A DNA stretch of 32,000 bases. It comes from Candidatus Saccharimonadota bacterium. GTDB lineage: Bacteria > Bacteroidota > Bacteroidia > Cytophagales > Amoebophilaceae. The translations under genes and the position numbers were made by a program. The notes beneath the pieces were generated by a model. The model had not been told where the DNA came from and did not search any database. It saw only the letters and a list, made by a program, of their open reading frames with translations. Shown here piece by piece: positions 26,820-32,000 of the stretch. Within the stretch, counting starts at the first letter, position 1. Each line of letters opens with the position of its first letter. Where the stretch lies: positions 870,001 to 902,000 of the forward strand of contig NZ_OZ034918.1 in assembly GCF_964030745.1 (NCBI RefSeq). The letters are read 5' to 3'.

Positions 26820-28070
26820 ATGTTTGCTACGCGTCCTTTGGATATAGGCCAGATTAGGGCTTTTTTTCCTATTCTGAATCAACAAGTTTATAATCAACCC
26901 TTAGTCTATTTTGACAATGCTGCTACGGTGCATAAGCCCCTTTCAGTGATAGATCGTGCAAACCATTTTTATCAGCAAGATAATGCCAACATCCATCGTG
27001 GTGTCCATGCCCTGTCTGCCCGTTCTACTACAGCTTTAGAGGAAACCCGTTTGGCTGTACAACAATTTATACATGCCCCTGAGGTAGAAACTATTGTTTT
27101 TACTTCAGGTACTACAGAAGGGATTAATTTAATCGCCGCCACTTATGGCGCGATGGCAGTAGGGGAAGGAGATGAAGTGGTCATCTCTGAAATGGAGCAT
27201 CATGCCAACCTTATTCCTTGGCAGCTGCTTTGTAAGCAGCAAAAAGCCATTTTAAGAGTGATACCTGTAGATGATAAGGGGCAGTTGGACCTTAGTCAGT
27301 TCTCTTTTACAACCCGTACGAAGCTGGTTGCATTAACTTATGTGTCTAATACATTAGGTACCATTAATCCTATTAAATCCATTATAGACCAAGCCCATGA
27401 AAAAGGTGCCATTGTAGTCATCGATGGGGCACAAGCAGTAGCGCATATGCCCATTAACGTCACCGATTTAGATTGTGACTTTTTTGTTTTTTCTGCGCAT
27501 AAAATGTATGGTCTTACTGGACTGGGCATTCTGTATGGTAAAAAAAAATGGTTAGAAGCTATGCCTCCCTATCAAACCGGTGGTGGCATGGTCAAACAAG
27601 TTACGTTAACAGAGACCATCTATCACGATCCCCCCTATAAATTTGAAGCAGGCACCCCCCCGCTAGCTGCTATTGTCTCTTTTGCAGAAGCACTTAAGTT
27701 TATGGCAAGCGTAGGCCATTCCAAACTAGCTGCCCATGAAGAAAGCTTACTACTTTATGCATTGGCCGGCTTGGCCCGTATGCCAGCAGTACAACTGGTG
27801 GGTACCGCTACCCATAAGGCAGCTATTATTGCTTTTAATGTGGCCAATATGCACCACTTAGATGTAGGGTTATTTTTAGATGCCAAAGGGATTGCTGTGC
27901 GTACAGGCCACTGTTGTACCCAGCCTCTTATGGACAGATTTGGCATAGAAGGTGTAGTACGGATTTCTTTTGCCGTTTATAATACCATTGAAGAAATAGA
28001 TCTATTTTTAGAAGCATTACAAGAAATTATTGATAAAGGAAACCGTTCATATGGTAAAAATAGCATTTAA
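26820..28070 (+). CDS. sufS: Cysteine desulfurase SufS (group II)
   Basis: PLP-Lys context FSAHKMYG, catalytic Cys loop RTGHCCTQPL, and N-terminal FPIL...VYFDNAAT. Confidence 0.93.
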   Translation: MFATRPLDIGQIRAFFPILNQQVYNQPLVYFDNAATVHKPLSVIDRANHFYQQDNANIHRGVHALSARSTTALEETRLAVQQFIHAPEVETIVFTSGTTEGINLIAATYGAMAVGEGDEVVISEMEHHANLIPWQLLCKQQKAILRVIPVDDKGQLDLSQFSFTTRTKLVALTYVSNTLGTINPIKSIIDQAHEKGAIVVIDGAQAVAHMPINVTDLDCDFFVFSAHKMYGLTGLGILYGKKKWLEAMPPYQTGGGMVKQVTLTETIYHDPPYKFEAGTPPLAAIVSFAEALKFMASVGHSKLAAHEESLLLYALAGLARMPAVQLVGTATHKAAIIAFNVANMHHLDVGLFLDAKGIAVRTGHCCTQPLMDRFGIEGVVRISFAVYNTIEEIDLFLEALQEIIDKGNRSYGKNSI

Positions 28071-28506
28071 AACGATTGATCAGCACCAAGATGAAATCAT
28101 AGATGCCTTTACCAGCTTATCTGGTGATAGGGTTGCTATGTTGGACTATCTGATTGATTTAGGGAATGCATTGGCCCCTATGGATCCCTTGTATAGGTCG
28201 GATCCCTATTTGGTCCAAGGCTGTATGTCTAAGGTATGGGTAGCCGATCAGCTGATACAAGAGCGACTGTTTTTTCAAGCCGATAGCAATACAGCCATTA
28301 CAAAAGGGCTTATTAGTTTGTTGTTAAAGGTATTTTCTGGTCAATCCGTGCAAGCAGTTGTAGCGGCAGAACTATACTTTATAGAAGCAATGGGCATGCG
28401 ATCGTTGATCGGATTTCAACGCGCCAGCGGCTTGGCGCATATGATTAAAACTATGAAACTAAGAGGTCTAGCTAAACTTAGTGAGGACCACTCATCTTAT
28501 GCCTGA
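28051..28506 (+). CDS. sufE: Sulfur acceptor SufE
   Basis: Conserved VQGCMSKVW active-site Cys context. About 150 aa. ATG 28051 overlaps the sufS 3' end by 20 nt. Confidence 0.85.
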   Translation: MVKIAFKTIDQHQDEIIDAFTSLSGDRVAMLDYLIDLGNALAPMDPLYRSDPYLVQGCMSKVWVADQLIQERLFFQADSNTAITKGLISLLLKVFSGQSVQAVVAAELYFIEAMGMRSLIGFQRASGLAHMIKTMKLRGLAKLSEDHSSYA

Positions 28507-28534
28507 TTTTGGGCTAGTTTAAGTATGATGTAGT

Positions 28535-30010
28535 ATGAAAACGTATGCAAAAAATTTGGAACCATCTACTATGTCGGATGCGCTTGCTGTAAATGCAAAA
28601 TATCCTCCACATGCCTTAGATCTAGAAGAGGGCGTATTGGGTGCATTGATGTTGGAGAAAGAAGCACTGGTCAGTGTCGTTGATCTCTTACGGCCTGAAA
28701 GTTTCTATAAAGAAGCCCATCAGGAAATTTATCGAGCGATCATACAACTCTTTAATGATTCAGAGCCTATAGATATGCTCACAGTAGTCAATCAGTTACG
28801 CAAGGATGGTAAATTGGCTGCAGTAGGGGGAAGCTATTATGTCAGTTACCTCACCACCCGTATTAGTTCTTCAGCCAATATTGAATTTCATGCCAGAGCT
28901 ATTTTAGAATATGCTATGCGCAGAAAGTTAATAGAAATTTCCACTATGGTTCAGAAGCATGCCTATGATCCTACTATGGATGTTTTTAACACGTTGGATC
29001 GTACCGAGCAGGCACTATTTGAAGTATCTGATGGACACATTCGTAAGAGTTACCTAGAGATGCGTTCCTTATTGGTAGAAGCTTTTGATAGTTTATCCAA
29101 TCGTCGTACGCGTGCCAATGGACTTACCGGTATTCCAAGTGGTTTTACCGCTTTAGACCGCATTACCTCTGGTTGGCAAAAGTTTGACTTGATTATTATC
29201 GCAGCTAGGCCTGGTATGGGTAAAACTGCTTTTGTACTCTCTGCTTTACGCAATGCGGCCATAGATTATAAGACACCCGTAGCTATTTTTTCCTTAGAGA
29301 TGGGTGCATTACAGTTGGTCAATCGACTGATATCAGCTGAAGCAGAGTTAGCAGGTGAAAAAATCAAGCAAGGCAAATTAATGGATCATGAATGGGAACA
29401 ATTGCTTCATAAGACGGCTGCACTCTCCAATGCACCGATTTATGTAGATGATACACCTGCTCTTTCTGTTTTTGAATTGCGCACCAAATGTAGAAGGCTT
29501 AAGGCTAAACATGATATTCAACTCATCGTTATCGACTACTTACAGCTTATGTCAGGTGATCAGAGTAAGGGAGGTGGAAATCGTGAGCAAGAGATTGCTT
29601 CGATTTCACGCGCTCTTAAAAGCATTGCCAAAGAGTTGGACATTGCGGTGGTGGCACTTTCTCAATTAAGCAGGGCGGTGGAAACACGTGGAGGCAGTAA
29701 GCGACCTCAGTTATCTGATTTACGTGAGTCAGGGTCCATTGAACAGGATGCAGATCTGGTTTTATTCTTATATAGACCAGAATATTATGGCTTAACAGAG
29801 GATGAGTCGGGTAATCCTACACAAGGTCTAGCAGAGGTTATTGTTGCCAAACACCGAAATGGTGCATTAGATCAGGTTCATTTGCAGTTTATGGGCCGAT
29901 ATATGAAATTTATGGATATCGATATACCTCCTGCTGCCGGGGGGCCGGAACAATTTGTCATTCGGTCGAGTAAAGCCAATGCGGTAGATGATTCATTCGA
30001 ATTGTTCTAA
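28535..30010 (+). CDS. dnaB: Replicative DNA helicase DnaB
   Basis: N-terminal PPHALDLEEGVLGALML, Walker A ARPGMGKTAF, IDYLQLM, ALSQLSR and RESGSIEQDADLV. No intein-sized insertion. Confidence 0.95.
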   Translation: MKTYAKNLEPSTMSDALAVNAKYPPHALDLEEGVLGALMLEKEALVSVVDLLRPESFYKEAHQEIYRAIIQLFNDSEPIDMLTVVNQLRKDGKLAAVGGSYYVSYLTTRISSSANIEFHARAILEYAMRRKLIEISTMVQKHAYDPTMDVFNTLDRTEQALFEVSDGHIRKSYLEMRSLLVEAFDSLSNRRTRANGLTGIPSGFTALDRITSGWQKFDLIIIAARPGMGKTAFVLSALRNAAIDYKTPVAIFSLEMGALQLVNRLISAEAELAGEKIKQGKLMDHEWEQLLHKTAALSNAPIYVDDTPALSVFELRTKCRRLKAKHDIQLIVIDYLQLMSGDQSKGGGNREQEIASISRALKSIAKELDIAVVALSQLSRAVETRGGSKRPQLSDLRESGSIEQDADLVLFLYRPEYYGLTEDESGNPTQGLAEVIVAKHRNGALDQVHLQFMGRYMKFMDIDIPPAAGGPEQFVIRSSKANAVDDSFELF

Positions 30011-30021
30011 GCGCAAGCTAC

Positions 30022-30487
30022 GTATCTATTCACGCCTTTGGCTGGCCGCCTTATCTCCTTCGATAAAAAGTCTGGCCCGATAGTAAATAGCTGAATCGAT
30101 ATATTTTTCAGCTGTTAGTGTTTTACTAGAGCGCCATTTTTTATCGAAGGAGACGCGGGAGGGGTACTTGGTCAGCTATTTGCTTTTTCGTATCTGTTCA
30201 ACACTATGGCCATAGTGATAAAATGCCTCTGTAAAAAGTTTCGAAATAGAAGCCACCCCTTGCAGATGATTGGGAAAAACAGATTCCTTTGAAGCCCGCG
30301 CAGCGGGCGACTTCTGTTTTTCCATCTGTAAGGGGTGGCTTCCGGAACTTTTTGCCGAGGGCTTGATTTTTTGTCCACTTTTTTATCAAGAAAAAAGTGG
30401 AATACAATTCATTATTAACCAGTGACGTGAATAGATACCAGCTATTTGCTTTTTCAGAAAAACGTAATCACAGTGATGAATAGATAC
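30022..30487 (+). mobile_element. Composite MITE-like repeat, copy 3 (different module content)
   Basis: Terminus GTATCTATTCACG at 30022-30034, CGTGAATAGATAC at 30425-30437, and an outer variant terminus GTGATGAATAGATAC at 30473-30487. It shares left-arm and right-arm modules with copy 1. It lacks the 8657-8732 hairpin and carries a different hairpin at 30249-30342. CAGCTATTTGCTTTTTC is duplicated at 30173-30189 and 30439-30455. Confidence 0.8.
30249..30342. repeat. 94-nt near-perfect long hairpin module inside MITE copy 3
   Basis: Outer arms GAAGCCACCCCTTGCAGATG/CATCTGTAAGGGGTGGCTTC (19/20). Inner arms GGAAAAACAGA/TCTGTTTTTCC (11/11). Apex GCCCGCGCAGCGGGC. Confidence 0.8.
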
Positions 30488-30545
30488 GTAGATTTTGCTA
30501 TATAAGGGAACTGATGCTCCCCATGCTCCACTAAAAAAAGTATGG

Positions 30546-32000
30546 TTAGGTATAGTAAATCCGTTTCACCCTTTGGCTGATTTGGGTCAATAGCTCATAA
30601 GGAATCGTACCCAGCTGTTCGGCTAGTGCATCTATTGAGTGTACTGCATTAAAGATAATCACCTCATCGCCACGTTGTGCGGTTATATTGGTCACATCAA
30701 CCATAGCCATGTCCATGCATACATTTCCTATAATGGGACATGCATGACCTTGAATGATAACCCTTCCTTTACCACAACCAAATGATCTGCTTAAACCATC
30801 TGCATACCCTATTGGTATGGTCGCAATCGTTATATCTTGCTGGGCTATCCCTTTTCGATCATATCCTATACTTTCCCCTTTTTGAATCGATTTGATCTGT
30901 GAGATGGTCGTCTTCAGTGTGCTAGCTGGTAGGAGATACGGCTGAATGGTTTGATCAACACCTACGCCATGTAACCCAATCCCTAGCCGCACCATATCAA
31001 ATTGAAACTGCTGAAAACGTAGTATGCCATTGGTGTTTAAAAGATGTTTTAAAGGTTTGATGGCGAGCTGCTGTTCTATATATTGCGTCATTTTTATAAA
31101 CCTATCGGCTTGCAAAAGCGTATATGCATCATGCATGTCTTCTTGTGAAGCAGCTAAATGGCTAAAAATGCTTACGATATGTAGGGCAGGTATTTGTTTT
31201 AATTGCGTTATGAGCTGGTCTAGTGCTGTTTCTTCTATTCCCAAACGGTGCATACCTGTTTCTAGTTTAAGGTGAATGGGTATAGATTGGATCGATTTTT
31301 CTGATATAAAACACGCCAGCTCATCTAATAAGGGCAGGCTGTATACTTCTGGTTCTAAATGATGGCTTAGCATGGCATCAAAGTGGTCGTCGGTTGGGTT
31401 CATTACCATGATGGGTAAGGTAATCCCTTGTTGGCGTAAATGGATGCCTTCATCCATATAGGCAACGCCGAGATATTCTACACCATGGCGCTGTAGTGCA
31501 GAAGCGAGCTCAAAACTATTGCTACCACTTCCATAGGTAGAGGCCTTGACCATAGCCATGATTTTGGTACCTACTTGTAGTTTGCTTCTAAAGTAGGAGA
31601 GGTTGTGCCTAATGGCATGCATATCTATCTCTAAAATGGTTCCATGGCTATTTTTTTCCATCGTTTGCACCACCCGTTCTAGTCGAAAGCTGCGTGCTCC
31701 TTTTACTAAGATGGTTTCATCTTTAAAGGAGGGCTTTGCTGCTATAAATGCCTCTACACTATTAAAAAATATAGTTTCTGGTATTTCAAATAGTGTGCTG
31801 TGGTGACTGATAACTGGTCCAATACCTATCAATCGATGGATCGCATGTTTGGCCAATAGTGCTGCTAGTTCCTGATAAAGTTGATGGTCAGGTGTAGCAG
31901 ATTGGAGCATATCAGATAGGATAACCGTTCGTTTGGTGGGCTGTTGTTGTTGCATAAAATCTAATGCAAGTCTTAAGCTGGCGATGTCATTGGTGTAGGT
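30546..32000 (-). CDS. alr: Bifunctional MurF (UDP-MurNAc-pentapeptide synthetase) / alanine racemase, 5'-partial (continues beyond the right edge)
   Basis: The frame stays open to base 32000 (…TYTNDIASLRLALDF-MQQQ…), matching the MurF C-terminal region (VILSDML, ILVKGARSFRLE). The Alr domain follows: MAMVKASTYGSG (PLP Lys), GYADGLSR, GNVCMDMAMVDVT. The fused architecture is common in Bacteroidota. Confidence 0.9.
   Translation of the reverse strand, partial: TYTNDIASLRLALDFMQQQQPTKRTVILSDMLQSATPDHQLYQELAALLAKHAIHRLIGIGPVISHHSTLFEIPETIFFNSVEAFIAAKPSFKDETILVKGARSFRLERVVQTMEKNSHGTILEIDMHAIRHNLSYFRSKLQVGTKIMAMVKASTYGSGSNSFELASALQRHGVEYLGVAYMDEGIHLRQQGITLPIMVMNPTDDHFDAMLSHHLEPEVYSLPLLDELACFISEKSIQSIPIHLKLETGMHRLGIEETALDQLITQLKQIPALHIVSIFSHLAASQEDMHDAYTLLQADRFIKMTQYIEQQLAIKPLKHLLNTNGILRFQQFQFDMVRLGIGLHGVGVDQTIQPYLLPASTLKTTISQIKSIQKGESIGYDRKGIAQQDITIATIPIGYADGLSRSFGCGKGRVIIQGHACPIIGNVCMDMAMVDVTNITAQRGDEVIIFNAVHSIDALAEQLGTIPYELLTQISQRVKRIYYT

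Overview
Gene-dense chromosomal DNA, roughly 40% GC by eye. It looks like a Bacteroidota intracellular symbiont (Cytophagia/Amoebophilaceae-like; tentative). Bacteroidota hallmarks (GldH-like lipoprotein, LolA-like protein, fused MurF-Alr) sit beside eukaryote-like proteins (ankyrin repeats, TPR, a eukaryote/archaeal-type AspRS).

Gene order, left to right:
- a 5'-open, Ala-rich, adenine-depleted low-complexity ORF
- a five-gene Opp/Dpp-type peptide ABC importer
- aspS
- two divergent paralogous small lipoprotein genes embedded in nested MITE-like repeats
- gyrA
- a secreted TPR protein
- a minus-strand trio (Fpr-like reductase, M50 protease, lipoprotein)
- a 1193-aa sodium:solute symporter fused to extra TM helices, a degenerate kinase-like module and a degenerate SpoT-type HD module
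- an ankyrin protein, gldH-like, lolA-like, frr and sufCDSE (no sufB)
- dnaB
- a third MITE composite
- murF-alr, which runs off the right edge

I recognised no rRNA, tRNA, CRISPR array or transposase gene.

Most noteworthy:
1. A modular nested palindromic repeat family, including a clean nested insertion with a target-site duplication.
2. The symporter-pseudokinase-pseudoHD fusion.
3. The eukaryote-like AspRS.
4. The NNT-codon, A-depleted, Ala-rich ORF at the left edge.

All similarity statements are motif-level judgements made by eye; nothing was searched or computed.
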